From a virus: a DNA stretch of 46,181 nucleotides. Numbering within the stretch: position 1 is the stretch's first letter; each line of letters starts with the position of its first letter. The position numbers and the translations under genes are program-made. The DNA lies in the IMG/VR virus record IMGVR_UViG_3300022692_000007; one strand, 5' to 3'. Positions 10,217 to 17,951 of this stretch are shown here, in pieces. The notes below the pieces were generated by a model. It made no database searches. It was given only the letters and a program-made list of their open reading frames with translations, and had not been told where the DNA came from.

Positions 10217-10372
10217 AAAAAAACATGTTTGGTCGCTTCTGTTTTTTTAGTTTTCAATAAAATAGGGAAAATAAGTCAGAATTGCTTTTTTTCAAACTGT
10301 TCTGTTCTAACCCTTGTCATGACTTATTTTTCCCTTACTCCTGTTTTGTGCCGATGAAAAGTAAAAGTCGGT
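10217..10372 (+). promoter_or_regulatory. Multi-hairpin intergenic element / leader upstream of the first provirus operon
   Basis: AGGGAAAATAAGTCA (10264-10278) pairs with TGACTTATTTTTCCCT (10320-10335), one-base bulge. AAAAAAACA/TGTTTTTTT (10217-10248). GCCGA/TCGGT (10350-10372). Confidence 0.4.
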
Positions 10373-10418
10373 GATAATATTGAAATTTTTAAATAATATT
10401 TTTGTGAGGTGATTTCTG

Positions 10419-11186
10419 ATGACACTTCACATTGCATTAGATGGAATTTACGTTAATGTAAACCAGCACATTACTCAAAAACTTGTAGAATATTTGGCCT
10501 CAAAGTCATATGCTGTTAAGACAATTTTTCCACTTGAAGATGAAATAATCCAGTCTATATTGAATAGCTATGATTTAACATTTTCTGAAAAAGCACTACT
10601 AACAGCACTTGACAGAAGCATTACCTGGAACAATCAAAACTTTAGTAATTATGATATTGTTATTTGGCAGACAAGCATTCTTTCAAGCTATGTTTTTCAC
10701 ACAGATCAAAATGTAAAGCCATCATTTATTAAAAGCATCAACAGATTTGTTCCCAATATGGATATCATTGTTGTGGTTCAGCCACTTGAGGAAAAAAATC
10801 AAATCATTCAGAAATTCAATGATTTTACAAAGCAATTTGATAATGTGTATCCTGTGAATTTTGTTAATGGTGCAATTGATCTAACCTTTAAAGAAGCTAT
10901 TGAGACTATTTTTGAGGTTTTACCAACTTGCAATTGGTGTGGACGTCTTTTTACAAAAACCACACACTTTAAAAAGTACTGCTCTAAAAATTGCAAGGAT
11001 TATGCAAAAGAAGAACAAAATCGCTTGAACTTTCGTAACTATTACAAAAGATACAAGGACACAATGAGTGAGGCTCAAAAAGGTGCTTTGGGAAGCAGAG
11101 GTGCAAATCTTCACGCTCATGCAAATTCTGATCATGAGGTTGAAGCACGTTTAATAAGTAATGAAAAGAAACGATTGGGATTATAG
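10419..11186 (+). CDS. Degenerate thymidylate-kinase-like fold fused to a CxxC...YCSxxC zinc finger
   Basis: HIALDG, ALLTALDR, IVIWQTSILSSY and PNMDIIVVV align by eye to dTMP kinase blocks, but the P-loop GxGK(S/T) is missing. C-terminal CNWCGRLF-x8-YCSKNC. Confidence 0.55.
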   Translation: MTLHIALDGIYVNVNQHITQKLVEYLASKSYAVKTIFPLEDEIIQSILNSYDLTFSEKALLTALDRSITWNNQNFSNYDIVIWQTSILSSYVFHTDQNVKPSFIKSINRFVPNMDIIVVVQPLEEKNQIIQKFNDFTKQFDNVYPVNFVNGAIDLTFKEAIETIFEVLPTCNWCGRLFTKTTHFKKYCSKNCKDYAKEEQNRLNFRNYYKRYKDTMSEAQKGALGSRGANLHAHANSDHEVEARLISNEKKRLGL

Positions 11187-11241
11187 GTTTTCTAATAATT
11201 TTAAGGTGGTTGAATTTTGTTTATTCTTATTATAGTTTTTA

Positions 11242-11511
11242 GTGAGGAGAGTATTGAAGTCAATGTGTAATCAAACATATTCAAACTTGGTATGTCCTGA
11301 ATGTGAAAATGAAGGTGAATTTGAAAAAGATGACAATGAGGAAGTTTACTGCAAAAATTGCGGTGTTGTTATCAAATCACCATACCCTTATACAGCTGGA
11401 ATAAGATTTAAGACATTAACTGAAATGCTTGAAGATAACAAAAACGAAGAAAAGAAAAAGGATTTCTGGAGGATGAGAAAATGTACAGTTTTAAAAAATA
11501 CAGTTGGTTAA
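11242..11511 (+). CDS. TFIIB/TFB-type zinc-ribbon protein (start may be ATG 11263)
   Basis: CPEC-x-EGEFEKDDNEEVYCKNCGVVI resembles the TFB N-terminal ribbon. No cyclin folds follow. Confidence 0.6.
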   Translation: MRRVLKSMCNQTYSNLVCPECENEGEFEKDDNEEVYCKNCGVVIKSPYPYTAGIRFKTLTEMLEDNKNEEKKKDFWRMRKCTVLKNTVG

Positions 11512-11741
11512 TTAGTGCAATATTTGCAATTTTAGTTTTTATAAGTGGTTTAACTGCAAGTGACATCAGTTTTTTACCTGTCAAATATCAGTCAATAGCT
11601 GTCGGTGTAATTGGTGCTGCTGCATTAATTGTTAAAATCATTCCTGAAAATTATCGTGTAAAAATAGCTGAAGGCCTTATCAGGGAAGAGTATGAAATTC
11701 CAAAAGAGAGCTTAGATGAAAGAGATGAGGATTATGTGTGA
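11481..11741 (+). CDS. Small two-TM membrane protein, holin candidate
   Basis: Two hydrophobic stretches (WLISAIFAILVFISGL; IAVGVIGAAALIV) and a charged C-terminus. GGAGG RBS. Confidence 0.45.
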   Translation: MYSFKKYSWLISAIFAILVFISGLTASDISFLPVKYQSIAVGVIGAAALIVKIIPENYRVKIAEGLIREEYEIPKESLDERDEDYV

Positions 11742-11961
11742 TGATAGAAGCTCAAATATCAAGGACCTTGTGAGATTTTCAACAAAAGCAACATTGACCG
11801 TTCCAACAATTCTTTTAGATGAAGCTACTGATGATTTTGAAGTATACAATGATTTTAAAATTGCAATGTTTTGTTTAAAAAATGATGATGGATTAATTTT
11901 AACTGAAAAAGAAATTGATGAGGAAATGTCTGAAATCACCATTGAACTTAAGGAGGATTAG
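11734..11961 (+). CDS. Small acidic hypothetical protein (75 aa from ATG 11734)
   Basis: GAGG RBS. Overlaps the previous stop within the operon. Confidence 0.55.
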   Translation: MCDDRSSNIKDLVRFSTKATLTVPTILLDEATDDFEVYNDFKIAMFCLKNDDGLILTEKEIDEEMSEITIELKED

Positions 11962-11962
11962 C

Positions 11963-12304
11963 ATGTCTAAGCCATTGACTGAAACAATATCCTGGAGGCG
12001 GACAATCTGGACCTACGGATTTGTTAAAACCACTCTTTCAGGTTCACTAATCTCAACAGGTGTGGTTTTGATATTTAATGGTGTAACAGAACATCCATTG
12101 TTTAATGGATTTAATGAAATAGCTATTTTTGCCGGTTTAATTGCAATAGTGTTGGCAATTGTTGTTATCACAAGCATTGACAGGTATAAGGAAAAAACCA
12201 AAAAAGAAGAGCTTGAGGCTATTGACAGACAAATCGATGAAAAAGCCAAACGCATTGCAGAAGAAAAAGTGTTGGAATATCTGAGGGCGATTGAAAATGA
12301 ATAA
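11963..12304 (+). CDS. Two-TM membrane protein with C-terminal coiled coil (113 aa)
   Basis: AGGAGG RBS before ATG 11963. TM segments LSGSLISTGVVLIF and IAIFAGLIAIVLAIVVI. Confidence 0.6.
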   Translation: MSKPLTETISWRRTIWTYGFVKTTLSGSLISTGVVLIFNGVTEHPLFNGFNEIAIFAGLIAIVLAIVVITSIDRYKEKTKKEELEAIDRQIDEKAKRIAEEKVLEYLRAIENE

Positions 12305-13133
12305 GTACAATTCTTTTTTTAAAACCGTTGGAGGATCGGAAGGTGATAGATGCTTTTATCCAACAAGACTTGATTTATACGGTAAAGGCTGTTTTTTCAA
12401 CTGCAATTACTGCTATGCAAAACAGGTTTTAGATTTTAGAAAACTTTGGAACCCTGCTGATGTTGGAGTTGCACCACTACTCCAGGTTTACCGCACAATC
12501 GATAAAATTCCAGCTGGAAGTGTTGTAAGATTAGGTGGTCTAACTGACTGTTTCCAGCCAATTGAGCTTAAATACAGAAACACCTATAATGCAATTAAAA
12601 GACTTAACGAGAGAGGTATTCATTATCTGATTGTTACAAAATCTGATTTGATTGTTGAAGATGAATATATCAATATTTTAGATAATAATTTGGCCCATAT
12701 TCAAATTTCAATACCAACAAATAATAATGAGGTTTTGGCAAAAACTGATAATGCACCATGCTTTGAGAGAAGAAGAAACGCTATTGAGATTTTATTTAAT
12801 CTTGGTTTTGATGTATCTTTGAGATTATCACCATTTTTATTTGACACAGCTGACTATGATGTGATAAATGATATTGCTGTAGATAAGTGTCTTGTTGAGT
12901 TTTTGCGAACAAAACCAAGTCTTGAAAAAGAATTAAATGACTTTATTGATTTTGAACAATACTCTCTTAAATCTGGAGGGTACCGTCATTTGACACTTGA
13001 TAAAAAACTTGAAGTATTGTCCAAATTAGATTTTAAAGAATTATCTGTTTGTGATGATGTAGATTCTCATTATGATTATTTTACAGATAATATTAACTAC
13101 AATCCGAATGATTGTTGTAATTTAAATACATAG
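12297..13133 (+). CDS. Radical SAM enzyme, spore-photoproduct-lyase-like family
   Basis: CX3CX2C motif (GCFFNCNYCYA) preceded by RLDLY. LGGLTDCFQP, LIVTKS, QISI, VSLRLSP core. Terminal NDCCNL. Confidence 0.85.
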   Translation: MNKYNSFFKTVGGSEGDRCFYPTRLDLYGKGCFFNCNYCYAKQVLDFRKLWNPADVGVAPLLQVYRTIDKIPAGSVVRLGGLTDCFQPIELKYRNTYNAIKRLNERGIHYLIVTKSDLIVEDEYINILDNNLAHIQISIPTNNNEVLAKTDNAPCFERRRNAIEILFNLGFDVSLRLSPFLFDTADYDVINDIAVDKCLVEFLRTKPSLEKELNDFIDFEQYSLKSGGYRHLTLDKKLEVLSKLDFKELSVCDDVDSHYDYFTDNINYNPNDCCNLNT

Positions 13134-13157
13134 AAAAATTTAACGGAGTCGCCAAAA

Positions 13158-13823
13158 ATGATAGAAGTAGAAAAGATAAAAATAACTGATTTAATCCCTA
13201 GTGATTATAATCCAAGAATAATGCCTGAAAACGAGTCCACCAAATTAAGAAATAGCTTAGAGACTTTTGGTTTAGTGGACCCTATTGTAATCAACCTTAA
13301 AAACAACCATATCATTGGAGGTCACCAAAGGTTTGAGGTTTTAATTGACCAGCACCTTGAAGATAATAAAATCTTTGATGAGTTGAATTTAATCAGGCTT
13401 GGTGATATTGGTTGGGTATTTACCGATACTGAATTAACTGTTGAGTCTGATGACCATGAAAAAGCGCTGAACTTGACTTTAAACAAGATTGGCGGTGAAT
13501 GGGATACTGAGAAATTATTCACTGTCTTGGAAGAATTGGAAGTTAATAATTTTGATTTGGGCCTAACAGGTTTTGATGGTTTTGATGAGGAAATTGAAAT
13601 CAAAGGTTTACTTGACAAGATGGAATTTACAGACCCTCAAAAACAAGCAGTTAGCAGTGAATCTTCTGATAGAGAAACCTTTGATGATGATTTTGATGAC
13701 GATGATGATTCTGGTATTGGTTTTTATGAGATTACATTATTATTTGACAGTGAAGATGAAATGACTGAGGCATTTGATAAATTAGTAGAAGAAGGTTATA
13801 ATTGCAGGATGTCAGATTCATGA
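13158..13823 (+). CDS. ParB/Srx-like N-terminal domain protein of the type linked to viral DNA modification
   Basis: DLIPSDYNPR, FGLVDPIVIN, IIGGHQR, LNLTLNKIGGEWD, DLGLTGFD. Acidic linker and small C-terminal domain. Confidence 0.85.
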   Translation: MIEVEKIKITDLIPSDYNPRIMPENESTKLRNSLETFGLVDPIVINLKNNHIIGGHQRFEVLIDQHLEDNKIFDELNLIRLGDIGWVFTDTELTVESDDHEKALNLTLNKIGGEWDTEKLFTVLEELEVNNFDLGLTGFDGFDEEIEIKGLLDKMEFTDPQKQAVSSESSDRETFDDDFDDDDDSGIGFYEITLLFDSEDEMTEAFDKLVEEGYNCRMSDS

Positions 13824-14575
13824 ACATTTTTTTAGCAGCCTCAGAACATCAGTGTTTGCACAATTATGTTCAAGAGACCAATATAAGGCCGATAAACCAT
13901 CTTTTCAGCTATTTTTATATTCAGCAAAAGAAGATGTATGAGGATTATCTATTTTTCAAATCCAAATCTGAAAGGATTTTGATTGACAGTGGAGCTCATA
14001 CATTCCACACAGCTAAGGATATTGATTTTACTGAGTTTACTGTGAACTACTCAAAGTTTATAAAACAGACCGACACTTCAAATGTTGTTGGGTATTTTGA
14101 AATGGATATTGACAACCGTATAGGTTTTAAGAATGTTTTGAAGTTGAGAAAAATCATTGAAGAGGTTACAGATAAAGTTATTCCGGTTTGGCACAAGAAT
14201 CGTGGATTTAAAAAGTTCAAAAGGATGTGCAGCAATTATGATTATGTTTCAATATCCTGTCTTCCTATTGAGGGTATACCTGATCATGATTTGATTAAGT
14301 TTGCAAATGTTGCACATGATTATGATTGTAAAATTCATGGTCTTGGAGGTACCAGGAAATTCATTTTGAATCATGTTCCCTTTGATAGTGTTGATAGTGC
14401 CAGTTGGCTTTTTAGTGCTGTTAATGGAAGATACAAAAGTAAACACATTGACAGAAATAGCTTGACCTATTGTGAAAAACTTGTTTTGAGTTTACTTGAT
14501 TGGAGAAAAAAGCAGAGATATTACGAAAAATATTGGAGAGAGAAAAATAAGAGGTTAAAAAATGGTAAAATATGA
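13820..14575 (+). CDS. dpdA: tRNA-guanine-transglycosylase-fold protein, viral DpdA-like DNA base-exchange enzyme (251 aa)
   Basis: LIDSGAHTF, FEMDID, IPVWH, KIHGLG and FDSVDSASW match the TGT barrel and catalytic Asp motifs. Lacks the tRNA-TGT zinc site. ATGA overlap with the ParB gene. Confidence 0.75.
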   Translation: MNIFLAASEHQCLHNYVQETNIRPINHLFSYFYIQQKKMYEDYLFFKSKSERILIDSGAHTFHTAKDIDFTEFTVNYSKFIKQTDTSNVVGYFEMDIDNRIGFKNVLKLRKIIEEVTDKVIPVWHKNRGFKKFKRMCSNYDYVSISCLPIEGIPDHDLIKFANVAHDYDCKIHGLGGTRKFILNHVPFDSVDSASWLFSAVNGRYKSKHIDRNSLTYCEKLVLSLLDWRKKQRYYEKYWREKNKRLKNGKI

Positions 14576-15251
14576 TTATAATGTTAGAAATGATTTGAAA
14601 TTGAATTTTACACAGAAAAAAATTGTGTTGATTACTATATTTGCGGTTGCTGGAGTTTTAAGTGATTTGCTTGCAACTAAAGTTTGCAGTTGGGGATTTT
14701 TCAGCATTGAATGCGGTTGTATATTGTTCCCGGTTTGCTATTTGGTGGCTGATGTAATCACTGAGGTTTTTGGAGAAAAGACCATGATTAAAACAGCACT
14801 GTTGGGAATGAGTATGAAGGTTATGATGGTTATTTGTGGTTTGTTGTGTATTATGATGCCGTTTGATCCGGCCACTTTTACAGCTCAACCTCATTTGGCT
14901 TATGTGTTCGGTTTTGTTCCAAGAATCACCTTTGCAAGTCTTTGCGGTTATATTGTAGGTCAGTTTGTAAATGCTCGTTTGATGACAGTAATTGGAAATT
15001 ATACAAATGGTGAGCATCTGTTTTTACGTACCATTGGCTCAACTGTTGGTGGAGAATTGGTGGATACAATTTTATTTATTGGAATTGCTTTTGTTGGAAC
15101 CATGCCTCCAGTAATGTTGCTTGGTTTTATTTTAACTCAATATGTGATGAAGGTTTTAATTGAAACGGTACTTCAACCTGTTACATATAGGGCGGTTTCC
15201 TGGTGCAGAAGTGATGAATCCAGCATCATTTATAGAAAAGAAGATTTGTAA
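14562..15251 (+). CDS. yhhQ: Queuosine-precursor (preQ0/preQ1) transporter, YhhQ/VUT family
   Basis: Multi-TM protein with DVITEVFG, PRITFASLCGYIVGQFVN and RTIGSTVGGELVDTILF motifs. Overlaps the dpdA-like gene by 14 nt. Confidence 0.85.
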   Translation: MVKYDYNVRNDLKLNFTQKKIVLITIFAVAGVLSDLLATKVCSWGFFSIECGCILFPVCYLVADVITEVFGEKTMIKTALLGMSMKVMMVICGLLCIMMPFDPATFTAQPHLAYVFGFVPRITFASLCGYIVGQFVNARLMTVIGNYTNGEHLFLRTIGSTVGGELVDTILFIGIAFVGTMPPVMLLGFILTQYVMKVLIETVLQPVTYRAVSWCRSDESSIIYRKEDL

Positions 15252-15283
15252 GTGATTATTTTTTATTTTTTTAAATCACTTAC
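15248..15283 (+). terminator. Hairpin with T-rich loop closing the 10.4-15.25 kb operon
   Basis: GTAAGTGATT (15248-15257) / AATCACTTAC (15274-15283), with T-tracts in the loop and downstream. Confidence 0.5.
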
Positions 15284-15325
15284 TCTCAATTTTTTATTTA
15301 AAGAGTTTTAAAGTCTTTAAATTAG

Positions 15326-15346
15326 GAACACCTTTATATATGATGT
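15326..15346 (+). promoter_or_regulatory. Conserved archaeal promoter, copy 1
   Basis: GAACACCTTTATATATGATGT contains a TTTATATA box. Followed by a short leader, GGTGA RBS and ATG 15382. Confidence 0.75.
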
Positions 15347-15381
15347 AGAAGAGATTAATAAGTAGACACAGGTGATTTAAA

Positions 15382-15639
15382 ATGAACAAAATGGTTATTG
15401 ATTTCTTAAATGAGCAAATTGAAATGGTTGAAGAACTTTGTGGCGATTTAACTGCTGATGATAAAGAAGCTTTAAAAAATGACTTCTTTAAAAAGTTTGA
15501 AAAAATCGCAACTGAGTTTCATGTTGATGTAAATTTGATTTATGAAAACTTCCACACTGTAATGATCCCGATTTATGAATCTGATTTTGACAGTAATGTG
15601 GCAGCTGAAGTAATCTTAGCTACTGGAGGAGATTACTAA
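15382..15639 (+). CDS. Small acidic hypothetical protein (85 aa)
   Basis: AGGTGA RBS directly after promoter copy 1. Confidence 0.7.
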   Translation: MNKMVIDFLNEQIEMVEELCGDLTADDKEALKNDFFKKFEKIATEFHVDVNLIYENFHTVMIPIYESDFDSNVAAEVILATGGDY

Positions 15640-15685
15640 GTGGGTTAATCCCACAACTTAAAATTTTAAAAGAAGGTGAATTATT

Positions 15686-15922
15686 ATGCAGAAATTAAAA
15701 CAAGCTGGTTTAGGTAACAAACTCGCAAACGAAATTAAATTCATGAGCAACTCAAGCAAACATGAAGGAATGCAGAACATCAACATCTTAAGCAGACACA
15801 AACAGAAAATCCGTGACTGGGATGTTGGATACAGGAACAAATATGCTTGTGACAGATGGATTAACGACTCAAGAGGTTGCGGATACGGTTGTTTAGTAAG
15901 TAAAAAAAGATTTATTTACTAA
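15686..15922 (+). CDS. Small basic hypothetical protein (78 aa)
   Basis: GAAGGTGA RBS. C-terminal SRGCGYGC. Confidence 0.6.
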   Translation: MQKLKQAGLGNKLANEIKFMSNSSKHEGMQNINILSRHKQKIRDWDVGYRNKYACDRWINDSRGCGYGCLVSKKRFIY

Positions 15923-15947
15923 ATAATATTTTTTTGAGGTGATTTTA

Positions 15948-16217
15948 ATGGCAATGAGTAAAACTATGGAAAAGTTCTTTGATGATTTGCACAGGGCTGA
16001 ATTTGGATACGTGCGTGGTGAAGCTGAACCATTATATCCAAAAGAAAATAAAAAGGCTATGGTGAAGTTATTGAAAAGATCACTATCCTGGAAAACCCAC
16101 AAAAACCTTGAGGCATTATGTGTGTATTTAGGTGCTGAGTGTGATCATAGGATTGAATCTGTTGAAGGCTGCAAAGCAATAATAAATGAAGATTTGGATT
16201 ATTGGAAAAACCAATAA
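15948..16217 (+). CDS. Small hypothetical protein (89 aa from ATG 15948)
   Basis: GAGGTGA RBS. Confidence 0.65.
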   Translation: MAMSKTMEKFFDDLHRAEFGYVRGEAEPLYPKENKKAMVKLLKRSLSWKTHKNLEALCVYLGAECDHRIESVEGCKAIINEDLDYWKNQ

Positions 16218-16259
16218 TCTCTATTTTTAAATTAAAGAGTAAACTGGTCTAAAAATCAT

Positions 16260-16280
16260 GAACACCTTTATATATGATGT
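16260..16280 (+). promoter_or_regulatory. Conserved archaeal promoter, copy 2
   Basis: GAACACCTTTATATATGATGT, identical to copy 1. GGTGATTATTATG start at 16316. Confidence 0.75.
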
Positions 16281-16315
16281 GGAATAGATAATATAAACAG
16301 AGAAAGGTGATTATT

Positions 16316-16576
16316 ATGGCTTACGGTAAACTTAAAAGATTTGCAGAAGAAAACGAAACTTGTAATGGCTTTTTAGAAGAAGGACAAGTTTTTGAAGCTT
16401 GGACCATTTACATCCGTGAATGTGAAAAAAGTGCTGATGAAATTTGTGAAGACATCGATCAGGAAGTCACTAAAAAATCCTGTCCTATGAGTGAAGATGA
16501 AAAAGAAAGTCTTCAAGTTGAAAGTATGGAATATTTACGCTCAAGAAGATGGGAAACAAACATCTATTTCAATTAA
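16316..16576 (+). CDS. Small acidic hypothetical protein (86 aa)
   Basis: AGGTGA RBS. Glu-rich. Confidence 0.7.
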   Translation: MAYGKLKRFAEENETCNGFLEEGQVFEAWTIYIRECEKSADEICEDIDQEVTKKSCPMSEDEKESLQVESMEYLRSRRWETNIYFN

Positions 16577-16594
16577 TTTAAAAAGGTGAGATTT

Positions 16595-16888
16595 ATGATT
16601 GCAGATTGCGGATTTTTAGACAACATTGCTTATGACTATGAAAAAGGAGATTTAACTCCAGAATATGAAGTTAAACAAATGTGTGATTCATTAACATTTG
16701 AAGAACAAACAAAGTTAATTAAACACTACAATTTGGCAAAAGCTGCCGGAGCTGGAAGTGGTGAACATTTCAAACTTGTAACTGTTGCGTGTGACATTAT
16801 CAAAGACAACATGGCAAATTATGTTAAAAACACAATTTGTCCTTCTCCACTTACAAGCAGTAAAAAATACATCAACTGGAAGTGCTGA
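16595..16888 (+). CDS. Small hypothetical protein (97 aa from ATG 16595)
   Basis: AGGTGA RBS. Confidence 0.65.
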   Translation: MIADCGFLDNIAYDYEKGDLTPEYEVKQMCDSLTFEEQTKLIKHYNLAKAAGAGSGEHFKLVTVACDIIKDNMANYVKNTICPSPLTSSKKYINWKC

Positions 16889-16890
16889 AA

Positions 16891-17148
16891 ATGTTTGATC
16901 ATTCTGTTTGCGATAATTGCATTGCCTGGACAAGAAACAAAAATTCTTGTCCCTACCGCAACATGAGCTTGCTACAATACTTGGAATATAAAAATATTCC
17001 ATATCAATTCAAAGATGCTGGAGCAAAGATTGTAATTGACACCAGCAACTTAATGAACAGCAGCGCAATGATAGAACTTAATAAAGAAATCAAAAGAAGT
17101 AAAAACACACTTCTTGAAACCGGTTGGAATTATAAAGTGGTGGTTTAA
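16891..17148 (+). CDS. Small hypothetical protein with N-terminal CxxC...C cluster
   Basis: CDNC-x8-CPY. Starts 2 nt after the previous stop. Confidence 0.6.
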   Translation: MFDHSVCDNCIAWTRNKNSCPYRNMSLLQYLEYKNIPYQFKDAGAKIVIDTSNLMNSSAMIELNKEIKRSKNTLLETGWNYKVVV

Positions 17149-17259
17149 ATGTTTGAAACAGAAGCAGAAATTGTTGAAGATTTAATTCTTGCTTATGGCC
17201 GAGAAATTACTCTTGGTGAATTGTTGGATCAATTGCAAGAAAAAGAAGCTATAAATTAA
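17149..17259 (+). CDS. Very small acidic protein (36 aa, absent from the ORF track)
   Basis: Read by hand: MFETEAEIVEDLILAYGREITLGELLDQLQEKEAIN*. ATG abuts the previous TAA. GGTGG RBS. Confidence 0.5.
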   Translation: MFETEAEIVEDLILAYGREITLGELLDQLQEKEAIN

Positions 17260-17337
17260 ATCAAAAAATCGCTGTTATTTTTTTTCACCTTGTCTTAAAG
17301 TTTCGTTTGCGAAAAAATACTTTTCAACTAAAAAAAA

Positions 17338-17532
17338 TTAGAAAATCCTGAAAAACATGCTTTTTTCAATATCTGCTAAGTCTTCACCGCCAATCAATCT
17401 TTCAATAACTTCCTTAGCTTCACTTAAAGAAATGTATCCATGTTTTTCATCAAGTTCATATAATAAGTTTTTGTGAGCTCTTACATCTTTTTCATTATCA
17501 AATTTCTTGCAAACAAAATCAAATCTGCTCAT
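17338..17532 (-). CDS. Small hypothetical protein (64 aa from ATG 17532)
   Basis: AAGGA RBS. Second gene of the minus-strand unit. Confidence 0.55.
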   Translation of the reverse strand: MSRFDFVCKKFDNEKDVRAHKNLLYELDEKHGYISLSEAKEVIERLIGGEDLADIEKSMFFRIF

Positions 17533-17543
17533 AACAATCATCC

Positions 17544-17723
17544 TTAAAATTCTGGAATAACTGTATTTTCATCAAAATATTCCATCTCTTTAGAAAATTC
17601 AATTTGATCATAAACATCTTGACGGGTTTCACAAATCCACATTAAGTGTCCGTTAACATACATTAAAAATCCACTATCATCGTCACCAGTTATTTTTACA
17701 ATTTTAGAATCAACGTTTTTCAT
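17544..17723 (-). CDS. Small acidic hypothetical protein (59 aa from ATG 17723)
   Basis: GGTGATTATTATG start directly after promoter copy 3. Confidence 0.65.
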   Translation of the reverse strand: MKNVDSKIVKITGDDDSGFLMYVNGHLMWICETRQDVYDQIEFSKEMEYFDENTVIPEF

Positions 17724-17758
17724 AATAATCACCGTTCTCTACTTATAATATCTATTTG

Positions 17759-17779
17759 ACATCATATATAAATGTGTTC
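17759..17779 (-). promoter_or_regulatory. Conserved archaeal promoter, copy 3
   Basis: Reverse complement GAACACATTTATATATGATGT, one mismatch to copies 1 and 2. Confidence 0.75.
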
Positions 17780-17951
17780 CTAAAAATAACTAATTATTAT
17801 TGGTTAAAATTAAAATAAAATTCAGAAATTATTCAGTGAGGAATTTGGAGTGAAATTATGATTTTAAATGCAACAAAAATATTCATTTTGACAATTATTA
17901 TAATTTTTTCAATAGCTTTGATTTATGAGATAAAAATAATGAGGTGAGTGT

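Noticed and set aside
10350-10372. CCGATGA...AAA as a hammerhead ribozyme core
   Set aside because: The core requires CUGAUGA and a correctly placed GAAA with three stems; these are not satisfied.
12297-13133. Radical SAM as QueE (preQ0 synthesis)
   Set aside because: It lacks the QueE-type F-x-R...GCNLxCxxCDT context. The DLY-x2-GCxxxCxYCYA pattern fits SPL-like enzymes better.
15686-15922. SRGCGYGC peptide as a RiPP precursor for the radical SAM
   Set aside because: No leader/core pattern, no RRE or SPASM domain in the enzyme, separated by a terminator, and in a different transcription unit.
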